The notes under the pieces: generated by a model | Told to the model about the DNA's origin: nothing | Seen by the model: only the letters and a program-made list of their open reading frames with translations | Database searches by the model: none | Program-made: the position numbers and the translations under genes | Origin: Trueperaceae bacterium | Lineage (GTDB): Bacteria > Deinococcota > Deinococci > Deinococcales > Trueperaceae | Assembly: GCA_965213925.1 (NCBI GenBank) | Contig: OZ243927.1 | Coordinates: forward strand, 2,240,001 to 2,304,000 | Direction of reading: 5' to 3' | DNA length: 64,000 bases | Shown: positions 63,916-64,000 of the stretch, one piece after another | How the letters are laid out: each line of letters starts with the position of its first letter | How positions within the stretch are numbered: the stretch's first letter is position 1

Positions 63916-64000
63916 GTGACGACCGAACCGCGCCTCATGACAGCCGAGGATTTACAGGAGCTTCCCGAAGACTATATGCGCCACGAACTCGTTGAGGGGG
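63916..64000 (+). CDS. Uma2 family protein, 5' fragment (runs off window)
   Basis: AGGAGG RBS; VTTEPRLMTAEDLQELPEDYMRHELVEG matches the Uma2 N-terminal pattern. Confidence 0.7.
   Translation, partial: MTTEPRLMTAEDLQELPEDYMRHELVEG

Overview
A moderately GC-rich bacterial chromosome segment. It most likely comes from Deinococcota (Truepera-like). This is inferred from many TANNNT-N6/7-start leaderless promoters, a short GidA-like gene, amylosucrase, an LptC/LptA-like cluster and CTCGAG enrichment; I could not verify it by search. The backbone is housekeeping: gyrB, sua5-purE-purK, ldh, menG, miaA, rpoD, sat-cysC, cdaA-cdaR, def-fmt-der, prfB with its programmed +1 frameshift, leuC/leuD/leuB and gluQ. 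Between these lie secreted proteins (M28 aminopeptidase, two S8 proteases, two Met-rich fasciclins, an ankyrin protein) and lower-GC cargo genes placed behind or inside core operons. No rRNA, tRNA, CRISPR array, transposase or phage module was recognised. Most interesting signals: (1) at least four families of non-coding intergenic repeats, including a MITE with a 5-bp target duplication that disrupted a restriction-like nuclease gene, and an unexplained 7-copy family with a fixed TCATC-N7-GTGYRTGYT core; (2) an unannotated Leu-rich leader peptide and attenuator upstream of leuC; (3) a stand-alone DUF692/MNIO enzyme upstream of sat-cysC; (4) a fasciclin fused to one intact and one degenerate Cu-SOD-like domain, beside an MTGG-repeat fasciclin; (5) HIP-like over-representation of (G)CTCGAG(C). 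Several single-base frameshifts may be assembly errors.
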